Notes under the pieces: model-generated | Database searches by the model: none | Seen by the model: the letters and a program-made list of their open reading frames with translations, nothing else | Told to the model about the DNA's origin: nothing | Position numbers and translations under genes: made by a program | From: Eledone cirrhosa | Lineage: Eukaryota | Direction of reading: 5' to 3' | Length of the DNA: 64,000 nucleotides | Assembly: GCA_964016885.1 (NCBI GenBank) | Contig: OZ024740.1 | Location: forward strand, 113,646,001-113,710,000 | Part shown: positions 42,196-54,958 of the stretch, piece by piece | Position numbering within the stretch: position 1 is the stretch's first letter | How the letters are laid out: the number at the start of each line of letters is the position of its first letter

Positions 42196-42237
42196 GTGCA
42201 CGTTTTCGTCCTTTTTCTCTAACTCTTCTTCACCAAC

Positions 42238-45200
42238 ATGGCTGGTTTACGAGTTGGAAGCCTGAAGGTGCGTGGCTTAAAGATGCCCTGGAAACAGGGC
42301 CAACTTTTAAACGACCTTAGGTCACACAGTATGGATGTGATAGTCATCACCGAGTCCAGGATCCACAACAGGCAGCAACTAACACCCATCTTCGACGACT
42401 TTCGGATCTGCACATATCTCTGTCAGCCAGGAGATGGAGGTGGAGTGGCTGTCATGTTTTGAAAGAACCTGGACGTCGAAGTACAGCAAGTACACTTGGA
42501 CACGGAGGATAGTCTGGTAGTCCTAGACGTGAACAATATTGGAGATGGAGCCTTCAGACTGGTGGCCGTTTATGCCCCGACCGGGCAATCGCAATCACGG
42601 CCAGACTTCTTTAAGCGTCTAGAGTCACTTCTGGGAACATCTCGCTCCTTAATTTTAGTGGGGGACTGGAATGGTATCCTAGATGCACGATGGGACTATG
42701 TGGGAGCATGTTTCAGTAGAGGGGGTGCAACAGCCTCAAAACTTTAATCGGCCAATTCCAACTGGCCGATAGATATCGACTAGTTTTCCCGACTGCACCA
42801 GAGTGGACGTGGGCAAACCGCAGCGGGACATCTAGATCGTATTTAGATAGGTTCTTCATTAGAGAAAGGGACAAGAACATTTTAAGCTGTCCACGAATGC
42901 ACATGGTTGCCTATTCAGATCACAAACTAGTGGTCTGCTTAGTCAACCGTGATAGAATACATAGACAGGGACCCGGATACTGAAAGCTGAACGTGTCGTT
43001 GCCGGCACGTAAAGCTTACAGTGAACGGATAAGTAGACTAGTCAATCAACAGTTAACGGGAGCCATCGTCAACAATAAATGGTGGTACTCTCACAAGAAA
43101 GCAATTAGAATAGAATCGATAGGGTTTAGCAGAGAGTTAACCTTAGAGAAAAACAAAATAGTAAGAGAAACGCACGCGTACTACTTGACCCCAAGCAAAT
43201 GTGCGCGGCCTTTCAGCAGCACTTTGCGCGAATGATTGAGCAGAACGACTGTGAGCCGAACCGTGCAATGGACGCTGAGTTCTGCAGAAGATCGATCACG
43301 GACACTGAGATACGGAATGCTCTGGGCCGCTGCGAGAAACGCAAGTCACCCGGTCTAGATAGTCTACCTTATGAGTTTTACATAGGCATGCCGGACTTGT
43401 TCTCTGGCGTCTTCGAAGCCGGCTACTGCAATTGGCAGCAGAACGGGAGAACCCCCAGTTCTGCAGGTAAGGGCGTAGTAACGCTGCTCAGGAAAGACGA
43501 GAACAAGGGGGACGAAATTAACAGCTTCAGGCCCATAACTCTGCTCAACACAGAATTAAAGATTTTGGCCAAGGTGCTAGCGACGAGGTTGGCGCTTGTC
43601 CTCGAGAACCTGGTAAGGAAAGTGCAAACATGTGCAATCCCGACCAGGTCCATACATGACAAATTTCACCTCATGCGATACATCATAGAGAGGGTGGGTA
43701 GTAAACCTGGCTTCGGGGGGGGGGGGCTCTGCTCAATTTGGATCAGTCTAAAGCATTCGATAGGGTCGACAATCGATACTTGGAAGAGGTTCTCAAGGCG
43801 GCCGGTTACGGACCCGTTTTCAGAGGCTGCATCGAGGGGATGCACGCCAGCATCTGCTCGAGGGTCAAGGTGAACGGCTACCTATCGGAGCTGTTCGCAA
43901 TCACGAGTTCCATTCGATAGGGGTGCCCTCTCTCCTCCATTCTGTATGTATTGACTCTAGAGCCACTACTGCGGAAATTAGAGCTGTTGCACAGCATCCC
44001 TTTAGAACCGGGACTGTACAAAGCGGCGTCGGCTTATGCCATCGACGTCACGGTATTGGCGTCGAGCACCTCGGAAATCGGGGTGATCGGCGCCTTACTG
44101 AAATAATACGAAACGCTGATGAGAGCAAAACTAAACCCGTACAAGTCTGTCGGTTTGAAACTCGGTATGTGGAGAGGCAAACCGATGACGTCCAACAGCG
44201 TCGTTGGACGCTGGACGGAGGGACCGGTGAAATTGCTCGGGGTCTGGTTCGGTCCAGACCTCCAAGTGGAGACAAACTGGAACGAGGTCACGGCCAAGGT
44301 GTTTGCGCTCACCCACAAGTGGGCAGAGTGCAAACTGTCCTTGAAAGGTCAAGCAGGTGGCGAACACTTTCATAACGTGTCATCTACTACCGCTTGACTG
44401 TCGTGCCTTGTCCCCGTGAACACCTCGCCAAGATGGAACGCATGCTCTTTCAGTTTCTGTGGAAGAAGCAGGCTCCCCTGGTGAGGAGATCTGTCTGCTG
44501 TCAGCACCCTCCCAACGGAGGACTAGGAATGCCGTGGCTGATGATGCGCAAACATGCGCTGAGGCTGCCGCATCTCCAGGTATTCCTCATCAACCCCAAC
44601 CGGTGTGGGTACCGTTTGTGAGACACGCTTTCCCACAGCTCGTCTCGCTGACGGAGCTGCAGTCCTGGGTCAAGAAAAGACCGAAAACGATGGGAACCTG
44701 GCACATTGAATGTGCTCAGGCGCTCACACTCCTCTTGCAATCGGGCGCAGCAATCAGTGGAGACTCCACTTCGACATTCTATAGAGGGGTTGTACGTTGC
44801 AAGGGCGACGACGTGCTCGGAGAGACTCTTGGGCGTCGACGACCATGAGCTCACCACTCTATTTTGTAGGACTTTCCGCCCGGGATCTATGGACAACTTC
44901 CAGAGGTCCCTGGCCTGGCAGTGCTACCAAGGAGCTCTACCGGTTCGTAACAAGATTTACAGGCACGGATCCTTCCAAGAGGACGTGTCCAAGATGCGCG
45001 CAGGACATTGAAAGAGTCCTGCACGCAATTGTACACTGCCCGGGCGTAACCGACCTGTGGAACTATGCAGAACAACTGCTGTCGCGTATGGGACAAATAC
45101 AGTTGACTGCCGACTCCATAGTAAGGATCAAACCGCCAGCCTCTTTCAAAAACGAAAGAGAGGCGGTTTTCCTCTGTACAGTGGCTATGGTGAAAAAGGT

Positions 45201-45397
45201 TATATGGTAGACGAGATTGAGAGGACTGAGGACAGATGCCTTTCTCTCCGGACAACAATTTATTCCCTTCTTTAAGTATCACTTTAGAAGGAGAATCAGA
45301 GTGGAGAGAGAGGCACTGCACCCCAGTAAATTTACTGAAAGGTGAATGAAGCGAAAATGGCCCGAGTGATTAGGCCTTCTCTGTTTATAAGCCTGTA
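42238..45397 (+). pseudogene. Tx1-like ORF2 (APE endonuclease + reverse transcriptase + C-terminal zinc finger), disrupted
   Basis: SLKVRGL, ITES, VYAP, GDWN, SYLDR, SDHK; KSPGLDSLPYEFY, FRPITLLN, DQSKAFDRVD; CPRC..HAIVHCP; multiple stops and frameshifts, apparent deletion near 43170. Confidence 0.9.
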
Positions 45398-46461
45398 GGT
45401 TACAGAAGAGAGCAAAAGCAAGAATGGAGCACTTGCACAACACGCTCCTGGAGTTGAGAGTTGTTCTGTCGACGGGGTATTAAACAACCCATTTGTTGCG
45501 CTTCCCCCCTATTGGGGATTTCGATTGTTATAATTGTTTGTTTATATTTTTTACACGACTGTATGCAAAACCCCGGCATCTCTTTGTTTTGTCCCCTTTT
45601 CTTGTGCGCCCTTGTGGCAAATAAATAAATATATCTATTCATCTATCTATTTATATTTCTAATATCCATCTATCAACCTATATACTATTTTGTTCTACAC
45701 ACGCATACAATATATATATAAATCACATATATATATGATATGTATACCTACCTATATATGTACATACATAGATATATATATATATGAGTGGGTGTGTGCG
45801 CGTGTTTGGTGCATGTATATATATATATGTGAAGCATATTATTAGTTTATCCGTTCATCAATCTACTCTACCACTTATTAGATTCACAGGAAAACATGGA
45901 CAGGTGGTTATGTGACAGAAAATGGGGAAGTATTTCCTTTTTATAAATGACAGAGCATTCCGCCTACCTCTCGCTGTCTCATATATCATTTAACAAAACT
46001 ATTTTTTCCCAACCTGTTACCCAACTTGTTTCTCTATTTTCCATGGTCCCACTTCTTTCCAGCTTCCCATAACATCACACTAGAAGACATTATGTAAATG
46101 GCTTTATTGATTAGGAGGCACGTTGACCTCATATATCGACAAAGGACACGCCATCAAATGAGATGTAAAGCTTGTTTCAAATTTAAATTATATTTTCTCT
46201 GACTTATACAATGGGGAGTGAAATATTTTGTTTGTATCGGTGCAGCGTTCAAAATAAAACTTTAGTTAGTTACTTTCTATTATGTTAGAATTTTCTTTCA
46301 CTTCATTTAAAGTGCGATAAAAAAAATTCGATCAATCTCTTCAAAAGTAAAATTAAAAAAAAATAACTGTAGATAACATGTGGCATTTAGACGTAAAATA
46401 CGCCAAGACATTAATACCAAAGACATTACAAAGGTCTCATATATGTATGCGCGCGTGCGCT

Positions 46462-47280
46462 CAAACCACTGTTGACGAAAAAATGATCAGTTCTTCGAGG
46501 CCTTGGACGAGGTTATAAGCAGAATCTTCAAAATTAAAGGCCTCTACATACTTGCAGATTTCAAATCTTTGGTGGGAGCTGACCACTAGGCCTGGCCTAC
46601 CTGGTTTAATGTACAGGTAAGAGACAAGATCAGCGATAAAAGCCAACGACTGCTTGAGTTCAGCTGTCGTCGTGGCCAATGCAACACCTTCAAGAGTAAA
46701 GACACCCATCAAGTGGCTTGGAGATACACACTTTCCCACCACAGGCACCTCTGCTGATATCCACTGGCTGAACCTCTGCAGCTGCATAAAGAGAGCTGCC
46801 TGTACCGATGATGCAAGAAGGAGGTACGAGAGCATCAAGAGAGAAACAGGTTCATTTATTAGCAAGAGCACCACGGTCATGTCCAAGACGGGTAAAGCTA
46901 TCACAGACCAGGGGAGGCAATTAGAACACTGGGTTGATCACTGCCTTGAGATGTACGCAACTCAGAATGTGGTCGCTGACACCAGCCTAGGCGCCAGCAC
47001 AGGCCTGTTCATAATGAACAAGCCTGATTGGCACCTGCCAGGGAAGAGCTAAGCAAAGCCGACGACTGCCGTGGTGGGGGCAAGGCCACTGAGAATGATT
47101 GCATCCCGTCAGAAGACTTGAAGAGCAGAAACTCTGCACTGCTAAAACATATGCATAAACTTTTCTGCCACGGCAGGGTGCAGGGTTATATGCCCTAGTT
47201 AATGCGGAACGCCAATATCGCTACGAACAAGAATAAAGAGACTTCAGCGACTGCAACAACTACAGATAAATCTCCCTAAG
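46462..47280 (+). mobile_element. RTE-clade LINE internal relic
   Basis: WLNLC..I..AA, SKTGKAITDQGRQLEHWVDH, EELSKA, GKA...D.IP.E resemble the RTE linker and RT start. Confidence 0.7.
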
Positions 47281-47689
47281 GGATACCATACACATATATG
47301 TGTTTATACTTATGTATCTATATGTATATATATCATATATAAATTGTCCCAACTCCTTTACGGTTTAGTAAAAGGTAGACAGAAACTGACTGCTTCTTCT
47401 AGCAAATATGTTACCTGCCTAACGTCCAGCCTTTACCACGCTTCTGTGACCGTTATACAATATGACAAATTGCCCTCCCTAAAGATTTTAACTGGTAGCG
47501 GTCTGTTCAGTAATTGATCCCATCATTGAGGGTCTCTTGACAAGCCGATAACCTCACAGCCCCAATGCACGTTTGTTGGATTCTGGCTGCATACCAATCT
47601 GCGAAATTCTTCATTCGGGACTTTCAAGAAACATTTAGGTATATTTTTGTCTATTTGCTCTTCAAAGTTATAATTGTTATAAACACAGA

Positions 47690-47833
<144 letters not shown>

Positions 47834-48165
47834 TATATATATATATGTATATATGTATATATATATATATAAAATATATATATAAAATATATATATAATA
47901 GGCAGTTATCTCCTGCTGCTTCTGCTGGAGTCTGCTAGACGGCCATTAAATATTGAGAACTGAGCTTTTAAAATGTTTATTTATGAAACATAGCGTATAT
48001 CACGTTTATGTATATAACTATGTTGAAGCTTAATTATTAATACTAATTTTACGTTAAACCAACTTACATAGATTCATATGCAACTCAGGCTAATCAGCCT
48101 ACCTACGCAGACGTATAACCTATATATTTTCGCCTGTTCAAGTTCTAGCAGAGTGCAGGGGTGGC

Positions 48166-48209
48166 ATTGTCCTGATGAGCGCCAGAACCTCGAAATGCGC
48201 ATATACAGT
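48166..48209 (+). ncRNA. Minimal type I hammerhead motif (family HH3)
   Basis: ATTGTC-CTGATGA-GCGCCAGAACCTC-GAAA-TGCGCA-TA-TACAGT; core intact, weak stem II, one stem I mismatch. Confidence 0.7.
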
Positions 48210-49126
48210 TGTCACCCGCTGATTCTACTAGAATCCGCTAAACGGCGCTCGCCGGCAGCCTTTCAATATTCATAGGTGAGCTTCCAAATGTTTATTTATC
48301 AAATGTACCGTATATCTTTAGATATACGGAATTCACATACATATATTAAAACCGAAGCTAAATTCTAATACCGAAGCTAAAGTATGCCGGAACTAAATTC
48401 TAATTACATGTGTAGTTCTGTTACTCAATGTTTGGTTTATCTCAAACTACTTTCCAAACATACAAACACCCATTGCACATCAATGGAAGCATGGGAAATT
48501 AAATTTAATATCAACTTTCGATGTCCTATTATCCATCCTCCATTAGAATATTCTAACTAATGCTATTGCGTATCAGAAATTATCACATATATGTATTTGA
48601 AGGATGATATATAATCAAAACATTGGATTGGAGATACTCTCGTATTTAAGTACATTTATCGCGAAAGTATTGGTCAACCTAGTCACAGTTTAGTTATTTC
48701 CTACATAATTTCTCCCTAATAGCTATGTAATGTCACCATTATGAAGGTGAAAAATATATCAGTTGAAACGAATGATCAGTTTCTGATTGTTTGTTTAAAT
48801 CATTTACTCTAACATTCAAAGTAATCAAATATATTGAGAGGCGGAAATTTGCTAATAATTCTGGGAAAGGACACACACACACAAATTAGAAATCAATTCG
48901 CTGTAAAATGAATTAGGATACATAGAACAGGAATTCAAATATATAAATGTGAAGGTGTATATATATATATAGATATAATCTTTCCCCCTCTCTCTTTCAA
49001 TATATACATTATATATATATATATATAACACATATAAATAAACGTATATACATACATGATTATAAATGTATGTGTATTAATTTTGATTTCGTACATACTA
49101 CTACATACATTTGAAAAGAGGCAGAT

Positions 49127-49297
49127 ATAATTGTTTCTACTTTTGGCAAAAGGCCAGCATTACTGGTACTCTATTTTATCGACCCCGTAAGGATGAAAGG
49201 CAAAGTTAAGCTCGGCGGGATTTGAACTCAGACTGTAAAGGGCCGTAACTTTTTGTGGCAAAGCATGGTGTCTGACCCTCTATCGATACTGCCAATC
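49127..49297 (-). mobile_element. SINE family A copy
   Basis: Reverse-complement consensus match. Confidence 0.85.
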
Positions 49298-49334
49298 CTC
49301 AAATAATGTTACTCTGCGGATGAAACCAATATAT

Positions 49335-49484
<150 letters not shown>

Positions 49485-49521
49485 ATACTTTGGGAGGGTC
49501 ATGTTGCCAATATATCAGAAA

Positions 49522-49599
<78 letters not shown>

Positions 49600-49890
49600 A
49601 TGTGTGTGTGTGTATATATACATACATACATGGATGACTGAAAAGTTCATAGGCTGACTATGTAGGAGTCATGATAGAGCTGTGAAATTGTGTATGCACT
49701 ATTTTCAGCCTTTTTTGTGCCGGTGAGAATGCCAGACAACTGTTCCAAGATTTGTTGATTCGTCATCATTGACATTTACACACCCAGAACTGAGGTGAAA
49801 AGACGAGAAAATGGCATACGTGGGTGAAGCACTAAAAGAGGATATACACACACAGAGGTACACACACACACACATTCACATATATATATA

Positions 49891-50084
49891 TAACAAAGAA
49901 AGTGTGGTAAGGAACGAGGTGCACCATAACGCACCAGAATACTCGATACTTAGGGTAGTAGAGTGGGTAATAGGAAAACGTCAGGACCCCGGCGACTGGC
50001 TCCCGCCGTATCGACAGATAGATCCGAACACGGATCTAGTTGTTGAAACGGCCAGAGCTCAGCAGACGGGGTCCAGACACTTTT

Positions 50085-50088
<4 letters not shown>
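49891..50088. mobile_element. Hairpin element, diverged copy (tail then imperfect hairpin)
   Basis: Tail is the reverse complement of 4523-4603; hairpin GGAAAA...TAGATCCG-AACA-CGGATCTA...TTTTCC. Confidence 0.75.
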
Positions 50089-50163
<75 letters not shown>

Positions 50164-50168
<5 letters not shown>

Positions 50169-50339
50169 AACCAGTAAGACCCCGACGGCTGAGCTCAAGC
50201 CCCTTCGACGGCTAATTCTGGAAACGGCTTGAGCTCAGCCGTCGGGGTCTTACTGGTTCCTATTACCCACTCTACTACCCTAAGTATTGAGTACTTTGGT
50301 GCGTTATGGTCCACCTGGTTCCTTACCACATTTCCTTCG

Positions 50340-50341
<2 letters not shown>
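50164..50341. mobile_element. Hairpin element, copy with central deletion
   Basis: Near-identical to 4414-4603. Confidence 0.85.
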
Positions 50342-50366
<25 letters not shown>

Positions 50367-50371
<5 letters not shown>

Positions 50372-51183
50372 ATACTTGGGGAGGGTCATATTTGTGTAAT
50401 ATTGCCAGAATTAATAACAGAACACACTCACTGTTTGGTTGGTTTTCGCTTCTCGTTTCTGAGTCTTTTATATCGGTAATCTAACTTACTGGGTCCTCAA
50501 TGTGAAATAGAACTTAGAAGACCAAGAGTAAACAAAAAGAATGAATGGAATAACAACAACACCCAAACAAACAACACTGACCTAAGAGAAGTATAAATAA
50601 GTAAATAAAATTAAATAAATAAATAAATAAATACATACACAAGCACAATAACAACAAGCACATAAACACACACTAGTCACCCATCACACATCAAACAAAA
50701 CACTATACACACACGCAAACGCATGCGCAAAGAAGACAAAATAAACAAATAAAATAATAAAAAAATAAAAAAATAAACAAAAAATAAACAAAAAATAAAC
50801 AAACAAGTAAATAAATAAATAAATATATAGACAGACTGAATAAAAATGGCGTAGACATACAATGCAACGGGAGGAAACGATAGCACCACTGACGATGTTG
50901 CAGATGTGCAACGAAATATTTATGATAAACTATATATATGTGTTTGTATATATATTGTATCTGTATTATTTTTGACCGTCGGTCAGTCAATGGCAACATT
51001 GGGGACCGAGTAAGTTAGATTACCGATATAAAAGACACAGAAGCGAGAAGCGAAACAGTGAGTTTGTTCTGTTATTAATTCTGGCAATATTTCACAAATA
51101 TGACTCTCCCCAAGTATAACAATATTTGTTTCGACACACGATTTGTAATATAAAAAACCTCGCAAAACTAATTCATCGCCGTT
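50367..51183 (+). mobile_element. Penelope-like 3' end (P2-related) with inverted 5' terminal copy
   Basis: 50367-50490 is inverted relative to about 51005-51123; ELRRPRVNKKNEWN near 50510-50555 resembles the GIY-YIG end at 62500-62525; hammerhead at 50885-50926. Confidence 0.75.
50885..50926 (+). ncRNA. Type I hammerhead motif (family HH6 variant)
   Basis: ACCA-CTGACGA-T-GTTGCA-GATG-TGCAAC-GAAA-TATT-TA-TGAT; 6-bp stem II, imperfect stems I and III. Confidence 0.62.
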
Positions 51184-51204
51184 ATATATATATATAATTA
51201 TAAA

Positions 51205-54052
51205 ATGTGGAGAAGGAGTACTCGAGTTGGAATATATATATATGTAAATAGGGAGAAAAAGACGATTATTAGGAAGAAAAAAATTTTTTTTTTCCTTAAT
51301 TTTTTTCTCTTTTTTCTGGGTTAGAAAATGTTTAAAACAAAATATTTTACTTTGTGTGAAGTATTAAGTGTTTATTTATTTATATATTTAATAATTGTCT
51401 ATTACCGGTTTCAGTATTTTATGCATTATCAAAGGGCGGAATTTGTATTGGTATAAAATGTAGGAGAGAAGATAAGGTGATGTTGAACATGTTAAGGAAA
51501 TGGGAAAGAAAGAATAATATTATTTACTTACAAGGTTTTTGAAGGATAAGCAGTTCAAAAAGTGTTATTATGGCATGAGCGCTTAGTTGATCCATGATGG
51601 AGGCAAATGGTAGTCTGGAGTTGGATATGTTTTCCCTTTTTAGAGAGTTAATATGCAGGCAGAGGTAATTTAGGGTGGTAGGGTAGGACAGAGAGATGGG
51701 AGCGGGTAATTCATTTATATAAGAAAAAAAGGATTAGGTAGGGGGTCAGGTCTTTAGAGAACGTAGGAATTTGGGACTTTGGTTCATTGTTCGTTCCAGT
51801 TTAGTCCAAAGTTTAGTTCATTAAGTAGACGTTCGAATTTGTTAATGAAGTACGCTTCCTTATTTGTACGATGGATGAAAGAAGCGTTGTCTATAAATTT
51901 GTAAATGGGGAAAAATGTTAAAGTTTGGTTGTTGGTTAGGTGCACAATTGGCGATGTGTTCACTAAAAGAAATCTTTCTGTATTCCTGTATTTTGATTTG
52001 TGATCTATGGACGGTCATACGTTGACGGAGGCTGTTTTTTGCCTGTCGTATGTAGTGCTCTTGACAACCTGAGCAGATCAACACATAGATTAGGTTTTCA
52101 GATGCACATGTATAGTTGTGTTTAACTGTGAAACACTGTCCTTGTTTAAAATTGAATGTTGAACCCTCTATTAGATTTATGCATATACCACAGTTTGGTC
52201 TTCCGCATTTTTTTTACTGTAAGGTTCATTGTGAGGGTTGGTTGGATTTTGGCTTGTGTGAGGATGTTTTTTATGGATTTAGGTTGTCTTTTGCTCTTTA
52301 TGATGTTGTGTGTTTGGAGGATTTTGTTCATTCTTGGGTCTCTTTTTAGTAAAGGAATGTTCTGGGGGATGGTGTCGAATGCCTCATTGTTGAGAGGGTT
52401 GTGTGTGGAGATGTATGGTAGGGTTTTCTGTTTCGGTTCATTCCTGGGTTTGGGGTGTCTGAGTTCCTGGATGTTGAGTTTTATGGCACGTTGGAATCCA
52501 TTGTTGATTAGGGAGGGTGGGTAGTTTCTGCTGATAAGTGTGTTCTTTAATTCTTCTAGTCGTATGTAGCATGTGTATTTATCTGAAACTATTGTGCAGA
52601 TCCTTCTGGCTAGGTTATAAGGAATTGCCATTTTGGTATGGCGAGTGTGGCACGAGTTAAATGGAAGATATTGTTTGGAGTCGGTGGGTTTGTAGTATAT
52701 GTCTGTTTCTATTTTGTTGCTTGTCTTCTTGATGAGGATGTCGAGGAAAGGCAGTTGTTCATGGCTGTATTCCAATGTAAATTGTAATTTTGTGTTGAGT
52801 CCATTTAGAAGTGTTTTAAACTCAATCAGTCTATCTATACTTTCATGCCAGAGGATGAAGAAGTCGTCCAGATATCTCTTCCAGATTTTTCTATGTGTAG
52901 GTAGAAGTGGTTACCGTATTTGTCTAGGACTTTGCGTTAGAGAGTAGTTTCCAAATATCCCATGACAAGGTTGGCGTATGAGGGGGCTACTTTCGTGCCC
53001 ATGGCAGTCCCAGATTTCTGTTTGTAGTAATTGGCATCGAATTCGAAGAAGTTATTTTCCAAGATGAATTTGAGGCCCTCCATCAGAAATTCTTTAGGGA
53101 TGCGCTGTGGGAGTTCACTAGGGAAATTTTCCATCCAGAATTGTATTGCCTCTATACCTAGGTTGTGTGGGATATTGGAATACAAATTGATGACATCAAA
53201 GGTTACTAGTAGGGTATGTTCATTATTGAGTGTTGTTGGGAGGTGGTTGAGCATGTCAAGGTCGTCCCTTTTGAACTTTTTATGTGTTTTAGGAAAGGTT
53301 TAAGCAGAATATCTAGGAAGTTGCTTAGGCAGTGGGTTTCACATGTGGTACCTGCTATTATGGATCTTAATTTGAGATCATCAGGAGGGGCTATATTGAT
53401 GTAAACGTCTGTGGCTTGCTTGCAGGACCTGCCTATTACTTCGCTTTTGTGTGTCTTCGGGATACCGTAGAAAAGGCTGGTTCTGCTTTTGAAATTGGTG
53501 ATGTAGTTGTATTCCTTGTCGGTAAGGCCTTCTTTATAAAGGGTTGTTAGGAATTTTAGCTTTCTCATTATTTTCTGTTGTATATAGTGTTGTGCCTTTT
53601 CGAAAAATGTTTGGTTTTCTAGAGTTCAGAGTTCTAGAGTCGTGTAGTAATCTGTCTTCATAAGGAATATTACACTCCCTTTATCTGCCTCTTTGATTGT
53701 TAGGGTTTTGTCGTTCTTTAGACTGTTAAGACCATTCCATTCTTTTTTGCGTAGGTTTGGTTTTTGTTTATGTCTGTGTAGATGTTTGTATGGGTAATTA
53801 GTAATGTGTTCGCAGAATTGATCGAGGAATTTGTTCTGGCCTTTTGGTGAGGTGTAGTTGCTTCTATTTCTGGCTATTGAGTCATACTCATTGTATTTGT
53901 CGTATAGTTGCTTGCTGAGTCTTAGTTTTCTACAGAATTCTGCAATGTCTTCCTTCATTTCGGGGTAGTTTGGTCGTTGGGGAGTTGGTGTAAATTTCAG
54001 ACCTTTGGAGAATAACTTGATTTGGTCTGTTGTTAAATTAACGATGTTTATT
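51205..54052 (-). mobile_element. 5'-truncated Penelope-like retroelement (Neptune-like, Cys-rich linker)
   Basis: RT, linker and GIY-YIG in order on the minus strand, followed by a ~600-bp 3' UTR; (TA)n on both sides. Confidence 0.9.
51805..54040 (-). pseudogene. Penelope-like RT + GIY-YIG endonuclease, frameshifted
   Basis: IKEADKGS, FYGIPKTHK, TFDVINLYSNIP, GTAMGTKVAPSYANLVMG, WKRYLDDFF, LPFLD, YKPTD..QYL.FNSCH, CGRPNCGIC linker, NLIYVLICSGCQEHYI. Confidence 0.92.
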
Positions 54053-54096
54053 GTATATATATATATATATATGTATGTATATATATATATATATAT

Positions 54097-54958
54097 AGAA
54101 GTGGATGATTACCTCAACAGGTACAATGTACTTGTAGAAATATTCAAGTTGTTTATAATACTTGTGGTTCAATGGTACTAATTCGAGATGCCAGAACAAT
54201 ATAAAAAGTAGCGAAGCAAGCGGTTATTAAACAATTCTCTAAATAAATTATAAAACGATTTAAATAATCACCTGTTCCATTGCTGTTACCGACGGTTTCA
54301 TCATTCCGAAAGATTGGGAATCCAGAGAATTTCCAATGAAAAGAAATGAATCTTCAGACAGCCTATTTCCACGCCATAAGGTTGCAAGCCCCATAGCAAG
54401 TAAATATTTTGCTCCCTGCCTAACGCATGCGGTCAAGCCATTAAAATGACACACACGCAAAATCAGGTCGCTGATAATAGCTGTATATTATATATTGTTC
54501 TGGCATCTCGAATTAGTACCATTGAACCACAAGTATTATAAACAACTTGAATATTTCTACAAGTACATTGTACCTGTTGAGGTATTCATCCACTTCTATA
54601 ATTTTTCTCCTTATGTAGAGAACAAAACGTTGAATAATGCTGCTAATTTTAGTGGCAATATCAACACGTTTATAATAAACAGCTATTATCAGCGGCCTGA
54701 TTTTGCGTGTGTGTCATTTTAACGGCTTGACCGCATGCGTTAGGCAGGGAGCAAAATATTTACTTGCTATGGGGCTTGCAACCTTATGGCGTGGAAATAG
54801 GATGTCTGAAGATTCATTTCTTTCCATTGGAAATTCTCTGGATTCCCAATCTTTGGGAATGATGAAACCGTCGGGAACAGCAATGGAACAGGTGATTATT
54901 TAAATCGTTTTTTAATTTATTTAGAGAATTGTTTAATAACCGCTTGCTTCGCTACTTT
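54097..54958. repeat. Double fold-back cassette: 54097-54205 inverted at 54493-54598; 54206-54482 inverted at 54680-54958
   Basis: Reverse-complement identity; the ORF track shows near-identical peptides on opposite strands. Confidence 0.92.
54282..54362 (-). ncRNA. Type I hammerhead motif with 51-nt stem II (family HH4)
   Basis: GCTGT-CTGAAGA-(TCATTTC/GGAATGA)-GAAA-CCGTCGG-TA-ACAGC; the plus-strand twin at 54801-54881 has the cleavage-site TA changed to GA. Confidence 0.78.

Larger units (their letters stand above)
39975..45630 (+). mobile_element. Near full-length, disabled Tx1-like LINE, copy 3
   Basis: 5' UTR, ORF1 with CCHC knuckle, ORF2 APE-RT-zinc finger, 3' UTR homologous to copies 1 and 2. 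Confidence 0.92.

Noticed and set aside
54260-54903. Duplicated 66-aa ORFs on opposite strands as a small gene pair
   Set aside because: Consequence of the inverted repeat; non-ATG starts and no recognisable protein features
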